A stretch of 64,000 bases of DNA from a virus (IMGVR_UViG_3300028029_000001:1-64000); one strand, 5' to 3'; counted from the stretch's first letter, positions 18,805 to 28,551 are shown. The notes: generated by a model not told the origin, from the sequence alone. Numbers and translations are program-made.

Positions 18805-20019
18805 GGTTAATTCAACTATTTTGTTTTCTTTATCAATCTTATTAATTGTATACTTTGCGTTTCTATCCAAAATCACTTCATGTTCGATTTCTCTATATTT
18901 AGTTATTTGACTTGCAGGTATAGCTTTTGTTCCTTTTTTTAAATTGATTTTGACAACCATACCTCTAAAACCTCCAAATTTATCAATAGCTACTTTTATA
19001 TCGGGTGATGTAGATTGGAAAGCCTTGTCTTGGAATGAATCTCCTTCTTCTAATCCATCAAACATAGAACCATTAGGCATGCCTCTATAAACTACAGTAT
19101 CTTCTTTAATTACTGCATTTTTATTAGTTTTAAATATGTTATCTAAGATTTTAATAGATTTATGTACATGATCTTTTTTACTCTCTTGTTTGCCTCTTAA
19201 ATGATCATTTATATATTTAAAGCTAGTACTTTGGTATTCTTCAATACCTTCTTCACTTTCTTCTTTAGATAATTCAAACTCATTAGCCCAAGATTCTAAT
19301 TCTTTTAATACTTCTTTAGAATCTTTATATTCTGGGTTTATTGAGCTAGCGCTTGATGTCTTTTTTGATTTAACCCTTTGGTTTTTTATCTTTACAGCAT
19401 CTTCAAATACTTTATCATAAAGTTCTTCATCTGTTAAATCTTCTACATCCCACCTATCCTCTTTTGATAATTTACTAAAAGCATCTAAAGCTTTTCCATA
19501 AGTATCTTCATTTTTAAGAGCTTCAGCAATAGATTCTGGAGAAGATAAATCTAAAGTAATTTCTTTAGAATCCTCATCTTCTTTTTTTAAAGAAGCTTCT
19601 GTCATTAAATGCCAAGCGCCTTGTGGAATTAATTCTTTTACATGATCTGGTAAAGAATTTGCTATTTCATGAGCTTTTTCAGGATTATCTTTTAATAGTT
19701 GTTTAATTGATGTTAACTGAGCTATGTCTTGTTTGGATGGTTGTTTTTTTATTTCTTCTTTTTGAGGTTGTTTCTTATTTTTTGGTTGAAGTTGTTTTGT
19801 TTTTTTTGGAGTTGGGTCTTCTTTTGTTCTTTTAGATTTATTTTCACTTACAGGAACCCATTTATCTCCACGCTTCTGCATTTTAGTTCCATTAGCCCAC
19901 TCTCTTATCTCACCCTCTTGAGCAGGTCCATCACCTTTTTGTAATCCACCAAATTGTTGTATGATTCGGTTTCTTATTTCTGTATTGTGATTTCTTATAT
20001 CTTGTTCAAAATATTCCAT
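18796..20019 (-). CDS. ADP-ribosyltransferase (R-S-E class, C3/Alt-like) with N-terminal Lys/Glu-rich region
   Basis: 407 aa. The C-terminal domain has ...YINDHLRG..., VVYRG (Arg), FQSTS (STS) and REIEHEVIL (ExE). Confidence 0.8.
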   Translation of the reverse strand: MEYFEQDIRNHNTEIRNRIIQQFGGLQKGDGPAQEGEIREWANGTKMQKRGDKWVPVSENKSKRTKEDPTPKKTKQLQPKNKKQPQKEEIKKQPSKQDIAQLTSIKQLLKDNPEKAHEIANSLPDHVKELIPQGAWHLMTEASLKKEDEDSKEITLDLSSPESIAEALKNEDTYGKALDAFSKLSKEDRWDVEDLTDEELYDKVFEDAVKIKNQRVKSKKTSSASSINPEYKDSKEVLKELESWANEFELSKEESEEGIEEYQSTSFKYINDHLRGKQESKKDHVHKSIKILDNIFKTNKNAVIKEDTVVYRGMPNGSMFDGLEEGDSFQDKAFQSTSPDIKVAIDKFGGFRGMVVKINLKKGTKAIPASQITKYREIEHEVILDRNAKYTINKIDKENKIVELTLG

Positions 20020-20023
20020 TTTC

Positions 20024-20221
20024 TTATTGAGGTTTCATTTCAATCATTTTGTCAATTAACTCTTTTTGCATATTAATTAAACTTTTTTTAAATTCTAACT
20101 TAAAAGCATCTTCATATCCATAAATAACTTTAAATCTAGGAGCATCCTTATATTTCTTATTAGATAAAGGAGTTGCCGTATTTCTAGATTTTTTTATATT
20201 ATCTTGGTTTGTTTTGCACAT
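20024..20221 (-). CDS. hypothetical small basic protein
   Basis: 65-aa ORF. Confidence 0.45.
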   Translation of the reverse strand: MCKTNQDNIKKSRNTATPLSNKKYKDAPRFKVIYGYEDAFKLEFKKSLINMQKELIDKMIEMKPQ

Positions 20222-20711
20222 GATCTACATAATTAATCCAACTTTCAAGAATTGGTGTTTTATTGCTTAAAACATTTTTTGGGATAATTCCTGCCGCCAT
20301 TAACCTTTCATTAGCTTCAATATCTCTTTGAATTTTATTTTGAATAGCTTTTTTCAAATGGTTTTTCTCAGCTTTTTCCAAACCTTTAGCAACGAATTTT
20401 AATAAACCTTTAGCATCTTCTAAATTCTTATAATAATTCATTGCAGTTACATAACTAATAGTGTCATCTTCATCACCATAATAATATGGCTTTTTATAAA
20501 TTTTAGCCATCCACTTATTCATCCATAATTTAAAACGAACATTTCCGTATTGATCTTTAGCTAGTGCTCTGTGATAGTAATATTTATCAATAGCCTTTAA
20601 ACCGCCCCACCACTTTAAAGTAAATAAATAATAAATAATAGTGGCTACCCCAAACAAGAGGCTCAATATGAATTCAAATAATGCTGCAAATAAATATAAT
20701 ATAATTCCCAT
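20199..20711 (-). CDS. hypothetical membrane-anchored protein
   Basis: 170 aa. The N-terminal ~40 aa are hydrophobic (MGIILYLFAALFEFILSLLFGVATIIYYLF). Confidence 0.55.
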   Translation of the reverse strand: MGIILYLFAALFEFILSLLFGVATIIYYLFTLKWWGGLKAIDKYYYHRALAKDQYGNVRFKLWMNKWMAKIYKKPYYYGDEDDTISYVTAMNYYKNLEDAKGLLKFVAKGLEKAEKNHLKKAIQNKIQRDIEANERLMAAGIIPKNVLSNKTPILESWINYVDHVQNKPR

Positions 20712-20722
20712 GACTTTATATT

Positions 20723-21160
20723 TTATAGGCTAAGTATGACGCCTGTTACCAATCCTATTAAAATTCCTGCAAATCCCCAAGTATGTTTTTGTAATTTAAA
20801 CTTTTTTGAAGTTTCTTTCTCTAAAGATAATTGTTCTTTGACAATATTTCCTTTTTCAACTTCTTTTTTCAACTGATTTTCTACTAAGTTAATATCTTTG
20901 TTTAGAGATGTTATTTGTTTTTTATCACCCTTTATAATATTTTCTTGATTTTTTATTTTTTCCTCTAAATATGAGTTTTTATCAATACAGCTATCTTTAT
21001 CAATCAAATTTGATGCAAGAAATCTAGCTTTACTTGGAGTCATTACAACTAATGTATCTCCATTAATTACTTCAACCCATACAGAATCAATATTCTGAGA
21101 GAAACTTTGCAACGTTGGTAATAGTACCATCACGAACAATAACATTTTTCTTATATCCAT
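20723..21160 (-). CDS. secreted/membrane coiled-coil protein (N-terminal signal-like segment, C-terminal TM)
   Basis: The track ORF starts at a TTG (21211). The likely ATG is at 21158-21160 (MDIRKMLLFVMVLLPTLQSFSQ...). C-terminal WGFAGILIGLVTGVILSL. Overlaps the upstream gene. Confidence 0.5.
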   Translation of the reverse strand: MDIRKMLLFVMVLLPTLQSFSQNIDSVWVEVINGDTLVVMTPSKARFLASNLIDKDSCIDKNSYLEEKIKNQENIIKGDKKQITSLNKDINLVENQLKKEVEKGNIVKEQLSLEKETSKKFKLQKHTWGFAGILIGLVTGVILSL

Positions 21161-21440
21161 AACTTTTTGCTTTTTTATTCCAAAGACTATCAAGAGTATA
21201 ATTAAATTCAATTAAATTTTCTTTTTCAGTAACCCAGATAGACCTTTCTATTTTTAAAGAATCTCTTTCTTTTTGTATAATTTCTATATCTTTTTGTAGA
21301 TTATTATACTTAATAATTAATTCTTTATCTAAAGATTCTTTAACTCTCTTCAATTGTCTATTTAAAGAGAATATTTGAATAGTCATTGCTATTATGACTA
21401 TAAGTGTTACTGCAGATATTTTTATCGCTTTAGATCTCAT
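21087..21440 (-). CDS. type-II membrane coiled-coil protein (i-spanin-like topology)
   Basis: 117 aa. N-terminal TM (AVTLIVIIAMTIQIF) then coiled coil. Adjacent to the holin-like gene. Confidence 0.45.
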   Translation of the reverse strand: MRSKAIKISAVTLIVIIAMTIQIFSLNRQLKRVKESLDKELIIKYNNLQKDIEIIQKERDSLKIERSIWVTEKENLIEFNYTLDSLWNKKAKSYGYKKNVIVRDGTITNVAKFLSEY

Positions 21441-21992
21441 TTAATCTTCATTTTTAAATTCTAACCATTTTCCCAAAGCCTTTTTAATAACTCTAAAAAT
21501 TTTACTTGATTCCTCATATCCTAATTCCGATAAATTTTCAAATAAACTTATTATGAGTTGTATTATAATTAAATTCAGTACAGTATAATAAATCCATTCA
21601 TAAATATTTACCTTCATCTTTATAAAAGGGATCTCAGGAACTTTTAACCCATTAGCAAAAGAGAATAAACCTCCTATAATTAAGCTATAAATTGACATTT
21701 TGACTATCATTCTTCCAAACTTCCGACTTTGAAGTTTCTTTCCCATTTTATGAGAAGCTCTTATCCCTGTCCAAAATTCTCCTGCTATTAACATTAAGAA
21801 TGTTATATATACTAAAGGTGTTATTCCTAAATATCTTTCTATAAAAAAAGCTATGGTTCCAAAAATTGCGCTGATTGTCATTGTTGATTTTAATGAATTA
21901 GTGTGAAATGTACTATCTGCGAAATCGTTTATTGATTGAAATCCAATTCCTTGTATGTGGAAATTACAGTATGTTATAATCTTATTAAGCAT
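21441..21992 (-). CDS. holin-like protein (phage_holin_4_1 / TcdE-like pattern)
   Basis: 183 aa with about 4 hydrophobic segments. ...LMLIAGEFWTGIRASHKMGKKLQSRKFGRMIVKM... and ...SLFENLSELG resemble the family signature. Confidence 0.55.
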   Translation of the reverse strand: MLNKIITYCNFHIQGIGFQSINDFADSTFHTNSLKSTMTISAIFGTIAFFIERYLGITPLVYITFLMLIAGEFWTGIRASHKMGKKLQSRKFGRMIVKMSIYSLIIGGLFSFANGLKVPEIPFIKMKVNIYEWIYYTVLNLIIIQLIISLFENLSELGYEESSKIFRVIKKALGKWLEFKNED

Positions 21993-23712
21993 TTTGTTCT
22001 GATTTTAAAATTTTAGTTTCAAAATAATTCACAGCATCAAACATAAAAGGGTTATCTTCATGTCCGGGTATACTATTTTGAATCGCTTTTGCTACTACTT
22101 CATCCTTTCCTAAAGAATCCCAGACTTCATTTGAATCAGATTCTTCTTCTACAGCTTCAGTACTTTCCTCTTGATCCTGGCTATATGCCATTTGGGATTG
22201 CATTTGTAAATATACTGAATTTAACGGGAAATCACCTTCTTCTAAATCTTCAGGTAAATTCATTGCCCTCCTCCATTCTTTATATCCCATTCCTTGGGAA
22301 ACTTTCTTGTTTAGTAATTCTACTTCTTTTTCTTCAGTTTCTGTATCTAACCCTACAAAATTGAATTCAAAATCGGTATCTATTGGAGATATTATAAATT
22401 TGTTAATCCAAAATTCTATTTGTTTTAACAAAGGTCTTAAACCTTTATCTCTCGAATATTTTAATCTAGATTCATTAGATGATTCAAACATAGAACCACC
22501 CCCACTTGCATTACCTAAATTAAACCCTATTTCTTCAGGAGCGATTTTAAATATAGCACAAGCAATTTTTATTAAATATTCTTGCCATACACTAAACTGC
22601 ATATCTGTGTTAGATTTTTGTAAATCTATCCAATCCATTTTATCTGATTCAATAACTGGGATTTTCCATGCATTATTAACTCCAGCAACCATGGCTTGCC
22701 ACGATTGTCTAAATTGAGCTAATCTATTCCTATTAATATTACCTGAAACTTTTAATAAACCTCTTGGTGCAGATCCTTGTGTGAAAAATTTTCCATTGTA
22801 AGCATCTCCAAAAAGCATCCATGTTATTATATTTACTAAATCTTCTAATTCAGATCTTCCATAACCGTTTTTATGAATATCTGTTGTGGAATTTCTAATC
22901 CCATAACATAATTCCCAAGGATAATATTCTGCTTCAATGTTTCCTTCTACTACTTGAACAAAAGAAGGGAAATAACCTCTCTCTTCTTTTCTGTCTCCTT
23001 CATAAGCTTCATCATCATATGAATCAGCTATTCTAATAGTATCTCCATCCACAGCAAAGTATTTAACAGGAGTTCCTTTTTTATTTCTTACAATTTCAAA
23101 AGTTGCTGCGTCTAAAGTTAAAGAATCTGCTACTATTTTTTTTAAGAAAGTATCAAAATTATCAGCATACCATGAACTTTGTGCATTTCCACCATTAAGT
23201 AAAAATTCTGTAAGCTCTTTAATTATACCTTTATCTTTATTTGATAACTTAGGTTCTTCATTACTATAATAGTCCTTTTTTTTCCTTATCACGAACCCCG
23301 TACTGTATTTGTTGGATTGTGGGCGGGAAAAATCAGAGACTTGAGTTTGCCTAGTCGATATTATAGATTTAATTACAGGAGTGGTGTTAGCCATTTTCCT
23401 TAAGATTCCTCCGGATATGCTTATCGGGTTTCTTTTAAATCCTTCTGTATCATTCCATTTATTGGGGTCTAATAAAACAGACTTACCTAAATCAACATTC
23501 GATTTCTCCTGTACATCATTCCATGCTGATTGAGCTTTCATGAGTATGTCAGGGTTCATTGAATGCATTCCTTTTTCAATCAATCTACCTTCTTCTGCTA
23601 ATAATTGATTTTTAGCATGTTTGATTTTATCTAGCCTGTTTGGGATAGCTTCTTCATCATCAAATTGTTCAGTATATGATTGTGGTAAACTGTATATTTT
23701 CGACCAATTCAT
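21985..23712 (-). CDS. portal protein (probable)
   Basis: 575 aa with an acidic C-terminus. First large gene of the morphogenesis block, upstream of the MuF-like gene. Size and position only. Confidence 0.55.
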   Translation of the reverse strand: MNWSKIYSLPQSYTEQFDDEEAIPNRLDKIKHAKNQLLAEEGRLIEKGMHSMNPDILMKAQSAWNDVQEKSNVDLGKSVLLDPNKWNDTEGFKRNPISISGGILRKMANTTPVIKSIISTRQTQVSDFSRPQSNKYSTGFVIRKKKDYYSNEEPKLSNKDKGIIKELTEFLLNGGNAQSSWYADNFDTFLKKIVADSLTLDAATFEIVRNKKGTPVKYFAVDGDTIRIADSYDDEAYEGDRKEERGYFPSFVQVVEGNIEAEYYPWELCYGIRNSTTDIHKNGYGRSELEDLVNIITWMLFGDAYNGKFFTQGSAPRGLLKVSGNINRNRLAQFRQSWQAMVAGVNNAWKIPVIESDKMDWIDLQKSNTDMQFSVWQEYLIKIACAIFKIAPEEIGFNLGNASGGGSMFESSNESRLKYSRDKGLRPLLKQIEFWINKFIISPIDTDFEFNFVGLDTETEEKEVELLNKKVSQGMGYKEWRRAMNLPEDLEEGDFPLNSVYLQMQSQMAYSQDQEESTEAVEEESDSNEVWDSLGKDEVVAKAIQNSIPGHEDNPFMFDAVNYFETKILKSEQNA

Positions 23713-23737
23713 TTATTCTCTTCCTTAAATTAATAGA

Positions 23738-24070
23738 TTATCCTTCTTCTTCAGTAGTTTCGATTTTCTTAACATAGAATGTTTCTATTCTAGTCTCATC
23801 TTTTACTAAAACTTTAGATAAACCACTAAGAGAAGAAATAGCTTTTTCCATTATTTCTTTTTCTGATTCAGGACTTTTCCCAATTTCATCAGCAATTGCT
23901 TTTTTAAAGCTTTCTAAGCCTGATTGATCATATACTTCATGGTCTGTTTTGAATCTTTCTTCAAATTCATTTTTAGACATTGATTTTTCAATTGAATCAT
24001 CTCCAAACATTTGCATTAAATGTCTTTGTTGTTCAATATTGTGTTTTTTGATTTCTTTTTCTCCGAACAT
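23738..24070 (-). CDS. hypothetical acidic protein
   Basis: 110-aa ORF. Confidence 0.5.
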   Translation of the reverse strand: MFGEKEIKKHNIEQQRHLMQMFGDDSIEKSMSKNEFEERFKTDHEVYDQSGLESFKKAIADEIGKSPESEKEIMEKAISSLSGLSKVLVKDETRIETFYVKKIETTEEEG

Positions 24071-24080
24071 AATTCTTTTT

Positions 24081-24662
24081 TTAAAGCCCTAGTGCTGCAG
24101 CTTGTTTTACCGATAGTGGATATGTTTTCTTTTCTTCCACGCCATTTTTAATGGTTTGGGCGATCTTTATTTCAACCATACATTCAATCACTTTTTCTGC
24201 GTGACGATTGTATAAGTTCATTTTTTTATAATCATCCAGTTCTCCACTTTTAGGTTTATCAAAAGATGCTGTTAATGAAGTTTCAAAACTTTTCTCATTT
24301 TCATTATAATGAGGGTCATGTACTTTCTTTTGATCCCAAGTATATAATTTTGGAAGATTTATAAAAGAAGATATAGGATAATGCCTTAATGTCCATTGTG
24401 AAGGGGTGCCTGTTGGTATTTCTTCACATTTATATTTCGCAGCCTCTCCTAAATGAGTTACTATTTCCATTTCCTCAGCTTTAATAGCTAAATCCATTGC
24501 ATCAATAATTTCTTTACCTTTTTTATTTAAAGGTAAAGTTTTTACATCTGAGTAACCAAAAGCTTCAATTAAATGACCTTTAACTATATCTTCATGAGAA
24601 AATCCAATTTGTTCTAAATTAATCCTTAATGGTAATCTAGTAATATGATCTATTTTTGACAT
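24081..24662 (-). CDS. hypothetical protein
   Basis: 193-aa ORF. Confidence 0.55.
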   Translation of the reverse strand: MSKIDHITRLPLRINLEQIGFSHEDIVKGHLIEAFGYSDVKTLPLNKKGKEIIDAMDLAIKAEEMEIVTHLGEAAKYKCEEIPTGTPSQWTLRHYPISSFINLPKLYTWDQKKVHDPHYNENEKSFETSLTASFDKPKSGELDDYKKMNLYNRHAEKVIECMVEIKIAQTIKNGVEEKKTYPLSVKQAAALGL

Positions 24663-24711
24663 AATATTTTTTGTTATGACCTAAATATAATTAAAAAACT
24701 TTTACTTATGA

Positions 24712-25068
24712 CTATTCTTCCTCTTTTAGTTCGGTAGCTTCTTTTGCTAAAATTTCTTCTTTTGATTTTTCTAAAGCTTCTGGGATCACAATTAAATCAA
24801 TTGCGTGCTGGTATTTTTGACCAAAAGTAAATGCTTGTATGAATAGTAGACTCATTTGTTTTTTAAAATAAAGATTTAAAGCATCTATCACTTTATCTTG
24901 TTCTACACTATCTTTTGCTGTAGACATTGTTAAAGCAAAATTTGTTAATTCACTTTGCAACACTTTATCATCTGCAGTATTTACTATCTGCATTGCAGCT
25001 TTTAAACTTTTTTCACTATCTCCTTCAGCTATATCTTTAAATAGCCATTGTAATTGATTTGCATCCAT
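24712..25068 (-). CDS. hypothetical protein
   Basis: 118-aa ORF. Confidence 0.5.
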   Translation of the reverse strand: MDANQLQWLFKDIAEGDSEKSLKAAMQIVNTADDKVLQSELTNFALTMSTAKDSVEQDKVIDALNLYFKKQMSLLFIQAFTFGQKYQHAIDLIVIPEALEKSKEEILAKEATELKEEE

Positions 25069-25101
25069 TTTATTTTGTTTTATAATAATTCATAAATATA
25101 G

Positions 25102-25386
25102 TTAATTATTATTAATAATGCAGCTATTTGAATTATATTTCTTTGAGAAGTTTCTCATTTGCTTTTTTAATCTGTTTTCTATAACTTTTAAGCGATCTGT
25201 TGAGATTGATTCAATAATATGCACCTTTATAGATACTTCACCTTTTCCTTCTTTTAAATCAATTGATACTACTTCTTCAAACCTTTTTAAAAGATTATTA
25301 TCTACAGTCTGTTTTATATAATTGAATGCATTTGAGTTAGCTGGCCAATTATGTTTATTGTGTATAATGATTGCTCTTAATTTCAT
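25102..25386 (-). CDS. hypothetical protein
   Basis: 94-aa ORF. Confidence 0.5.
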   Translation of the reverse strand: MKLRAIIIHNKHNWPANSNAFNYIKQTVDNNLLKRFEEVVSIDLKEGKGEVSIKVHIIESISTDRLKVIENRLKKQMRNFSKKYNSNSCIINNN

Positions 25387-25676
25387 CTTCTGATTCTTTT
25401 ACTAAATTTTCTTGTTCTTTTTCTCATACCTAAATAAGTACCTATTGCACCCCCTATTATATGCATTATTATAGGAAATATATTACCTTCCATAACTGAA
25501 TTTGCACCAACGGCAATTCCTACCATCCATGCTAATCCAATCCCTACTCCAGATAATACAGCCCCTAATAAATTGTTTGTAGCTGTATATTTAATATTTA
25601 ATGTTCTTAGCCACAAGAAGATTATTTGGGCTACAAAAACTATTAAACCCATTTCTATAATACTTAAATTTTTCAT
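25383..25676 (-). CDS. small integral membrane protein
   Basis: 97 aa, three Gly/Ile-rich hydrophobic segments, basic C-terminus. Confidence 0.55.
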   Translation of the reverse strand: MKNLSIIEMGLIVFVAQIIFLWLRTLNIKYTATNNLLGAVLSGVGIGLAWMVGIAVGANSVMEGNIFPIIMHIIGGAIGTYLGMRKRTRKFSKRIRR

Positions 25677-25861
25677 TCTTTCTTTTTTAACGATTTTAGA
25701 ACTAAACCTAAGATTTCGTTTTTATCTAAAGTTTTAATTCCTTTACTCTTATTTTTATTTGATTCGAAACCATAATCAATAGCGTCCATTACAGACTTAA
25801 TTAACTCTTTTCCTGAATAATTTTCTTCTCTAACTAACTTTTTCCAATCTAAATAATTCAT
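25673..25861 (-). CDS. hypothetical small protein
   Basis: 62-aa ORF, 4-nt overlaps on both sides. Confidence 0.45.
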   Translation of the reverse strand: MNYLDWKKLVREENYSGKELIKSVMDAIDYGFESNKNKSKGIKTLDKNEILGLVLKSLKKKE

Positions 25862-26058
25862 CTCCAGCCCCCTTTTGGCCTTAAATCAATTCTTCTGGGC
25901 TGTAATAATCCCATTCTATGAGTTGTCCCTTTTATTGTATTTGCTTTCCAAACACAAGTATATCTTGGTTTATTTACCATAACAACTTCTTTAACTCTTC
26001 CATTTACGATCCAAAGAAGGTCATACATTATTTCTTTCTTTTTTACAGGTTGTCCCAT
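25858..26058 (-). CDS. hypothetical small protein
   Basis: 66-aa ORF. Confidence 0.45.
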   Translation of the reverse strand: MGQPVKKKEIMYDLLWIVNGRVKEVVMVNKPRYTCVWKANTIKGTTHRMGLLQPRRIDLRPKGGWR

Positions 26059-26060
26059 AT

Positions 26061-26261
26061 TTATCCTTGTTTTTCAATTTCTATATTTCTTAATCCACAC
26101 CACCCATTAGTTATTTGTTCTAATTCATCTAAATCTTCTTCTGGAATTTCTATTCCTGGAAAGAATGGGTTTAAATAGTGTACATATCCTAAGTTATCCT
26201 TGTCTTTAAAAATTATTGATACAAAGCCCTTATCTGTACTTAGTGTTTTAACATGATCCAT
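26061..26261 (-). CDS. hypothetical small protein
   Basis: 66-aa ORF, first gene after the promoter motif at 26305-26349. Confidence 0.45.
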   Translation of the reverse strand: MDHVKTLSTDKGFVSIIFKDKDNLGYVHYLNPFFPGIEIPEEDLDELEQITNGWCGLRNIEIEKQG

Positions 26262-26304
26262 TTTTAATTATTTAAAATAAAACCTATCTTTTAAGACCTT
26301 AACT

Positions 26305-26349
26305 GGTCTAAATATACGGTGTATATTTCTATTAACCTAATATTTTAGG
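26305..26349 (-). promoter_or_regulatory. repeated promoter/operator motif
   Basis: ggtctaaatatacggtgtatatttctattaacctaatattttagg. Confidence 0.6.
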
Positions 26350-26350
26350 A

Positions 26351-26391
26351 AAAAAGAATAAAAAAAGAGGAATTATTTCTAATTCCTCTTT
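26351..26391 (-). terminator. rho-independent terminator
   Basis: Stem aaagaggaatt/aattcctcttt (26364-26374 / 26381-26391), followed on the minus strand by TTTTTTTATTCTTTTT. Confidence 0.7.
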
Positions 26392-26413
26392 AATATAAAT
26401 TAATTAAAACATT

Positions 26414-26914
26414 TTAAGCTTCTGTTATTTCTTGATCTTTAGATAACATTCCTTGCCCAGGAACTCCTTCTACTACCCCTGTAGTAACTTTATCTCCATT
26501 CTTTACTATAATTGGCGTAACTGGAGCACCTTCTTGAATTTCACCACTATTTTTTTTAGCTTTTAATTCATTAATAACGGCCTCTCTAGCAAAAGCAATA
26601 GGTTTTGGCATTAAAACTATATCACCAACTTTTTTACCCATTTTTACTAATTCTTCTGATTGAGGTAGTTCAAAATCTTCTTCTTCTAAAGTTACTTCAG
26701 TAAACATATCATTCATATCTTCTTTTTGAGAAGATACATTCCCATGATTATTTCCATTAATTACATCAGATTTAACCATTTCTAATAGACCTACCATTTT
26801 GATAGGGTCTGGAAGATTCTCATCTTCATCAGCCTTTACTTCAAATGTGATTTGGCCTTCTTTTAATACTTTAATTGTTACCTGGAACAATTCTTCTTTT
26901 TTTCCGTTTTCCAT
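26414..26914 (-). CDS. hypothetical protein
   Basis: 166-aa ORF. Confidence 0.55.
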   Translation of the reverse strand: MENGKKEELFQVTIKVLKEGQITFEVKADEDENLPDPIKMVGLLEMVKSDVINGNNHGNVSSQKEDMNDMFTEVTLEEEDFELPQSEELVKMGKKVGDIVLMPKPIAFAREAVINELKAKKNSGEIQEGAPVTPIIVKNGDKVTTGVVEGVPGQGMLSKDQEITEA

Positions 26915-26935
26915 CTTACGATTTTTGTTTTTTAT

Positions 26936-27295
26936 TTATAATGTTATGTCTAATTCGATACAAGTAATCACATCATTCTCTGTAGAATAGCTTTTTATTG
27001 TATTTAAAAGGTTGTATTTCTTTAATTTAAGATTACCTCTATGAACTTTTATAGCTCTTAATAAAGAGGTTAATTGATTTACTGTATGATTAGATGATGT
27101 TGAATTACCTGTTGACATATCTTTATATCCTAAGATATGAGCATCTTGTAATATTAATAAACCTTCAATATCAATAATATTCTCTAAATCACATTTATAA
27201 ACTCTATTATTATGATTAATTTGATTGATTTTTGAGTCAAAAGATTGAATTAATTCTTCACTTTTTTCTTGTTTTACTTTTTCAATAAGTTCCAT
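26936..27295 (-). CDS. hypothetical protein
   Basis: 119-aa ORF. Confidence 0.5.
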   Translation of the reverse strand: MELIEKVKQEKSEELIQSFDSKINQINHNNRVYKCDLENIIDIEGLLILQDAHILGYKDMSTGNSTSSNHTVNQLTSLLRAIKVHRGNLKLKKYNLLNTIKSYSTENDVITCIELDITL

Positions 27296-27302
27296 ATAAA
27301 CT

Positions 27303-28175
27303 TTATTTTGTAATAATTAATACTTTAGAACTTACCCCTCCTGTAGTTATTTCTAACACATTTGAAGGTTCTTTATATTTTAAAGAGATCCCAGTATTTG
27401 ATAAAATTTTTGTGATTTCAGTAACTATAGGTAAATAAGTTGTAAATCTAAATTCATTAGTAGCAAACCACCCTGCATGTCTTCCTTGATATATAAACAA
27501 CCTCCAATATCTATATTGAGTCGATATATTAGGATCAACTGGTATTTTATACCAAGTAGGAGTACTACTACTTCCGCTTGTAATGTGATCTTCAATAATA
27601 TCCCAAGGTCCATTAATATCATTAGATGCTTCTAATCTCATATCATCACTACCAAATCCTGGGTTAAAATTATCTAAATGAATTTCCATATTTTCAAAAG
27701 AAAGAGCATTTAAACCTACATCCATCACCCAATATGGTAAATTTGTTGTAGTTGCTCCTGCCGGTGCACCTTGTGAAGTACCTGCTGTTTGATTGAAATT
27801 AACATCTACTAACCTACCATCTATACTTCTAGGATGTCTTATATTATTTGGATCATTTAAGTCAGGGTCTAAAGTTCCTACGATTGGGGTAATGTAATCT
27901 ATTGGTTGAATTTCATTGATTTGATAAACTCCAATTACATTATCTACAGAAATATTATCAACTATAGTGGTTCCTGGATTAATATTTATTATTTGCCTAT
28001 TTACTCTTCCAAAAGAACTTCCTAGTAAAAACATTAATTGTTCTATGTGAGCCTCTCTAATGGGGACAGTTACTGGATTATTAGAAATATCTTTTATAAG
28101 ATCCGCTAATCTATCTGCTGCTACTTCGCTTTTTAAACCCATATTAATTATCTTTTGCTGTAATAAATATTTCAA
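27303..28175 (-). CDS. hypothetical protein, C-terminal galactose-binding/discoidin-like region (weak)
   Basis: 290 aa. ...WYKIPVDPNISTQYRYWRLFIYQGRHAGWFATNEFRF resembles the ends of F5/8-type-C-like domains. Confidence 0.4.
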   Translation of the reverse strand: MKYLLQQKIINMGLKSEVAADRLADLIKDISNNPVTVPIREAHIEQLMFLLGSSFGRVNRQIININPGTTIVDNISVDNVIGVYQINEIQPIDYITPIVGTLDPDLNDPNNIRHPRSIDGRLVDVNFNQTAGTSQGAPAGATTTNLPYWVMDVGLNALSFENMEIHLDNFNPGFGSDDMRLEASNDINGPWDIIEDHITSGSSSTPTWYKIPVDPNISTQYRYWRLFIYQGRHAGWFATNEFRFTTYLPIVTEITKILSNTGISLKYKEPSNVLEITTGGVSSKVLIITK

Positions 28176-28506
28176 CCTTACCTACTGCTGGTAAAGCTGG
28201 TAACTCAACACTTATATGTGATGAACTAAGTAAAAAGCTACCTGCATTTGCTGTATTTGCTGATACAGGTACATTGCCAAGAATTGTTGCATGATCTGCA
28301 CTTGATTTATTAGGACCTTCTTTAATTATAGCATTTCCTGCAAAACCAGTAGCCCCAATACCTTTTATCCATACCTCTACTTTTGCATAAGGTAAAAAAT
28401 CTCTAGATATAATAGGATTGTTAAAATCTTTTTCAGCTAGATCTAAAACATAATGTAATTGTACTCCACCTTGATGTCCACTTGCGTGTCTAATATTTTC
28501 TGTCAT
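28144..28506 (-). CDS. hypothetical protein
   Basis: 120-aa ORF. Confidence 0.5.
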   Translation of the reverse strand: MTENIRHASGHQGGVQLHYVLDLAEKDFNNPIISRDFLPYAKVEVWIKGIGATGFAGNAIIKEGPNKSSADHATILGNVPVSANTANAGSFLLSSSHISVELPALPAVGKVEIFITAKDN

Positions 28507-28551
28507 TTTAATAAAGTTGATATTTACTATCTTGGTCTAAAGATAATAAAA

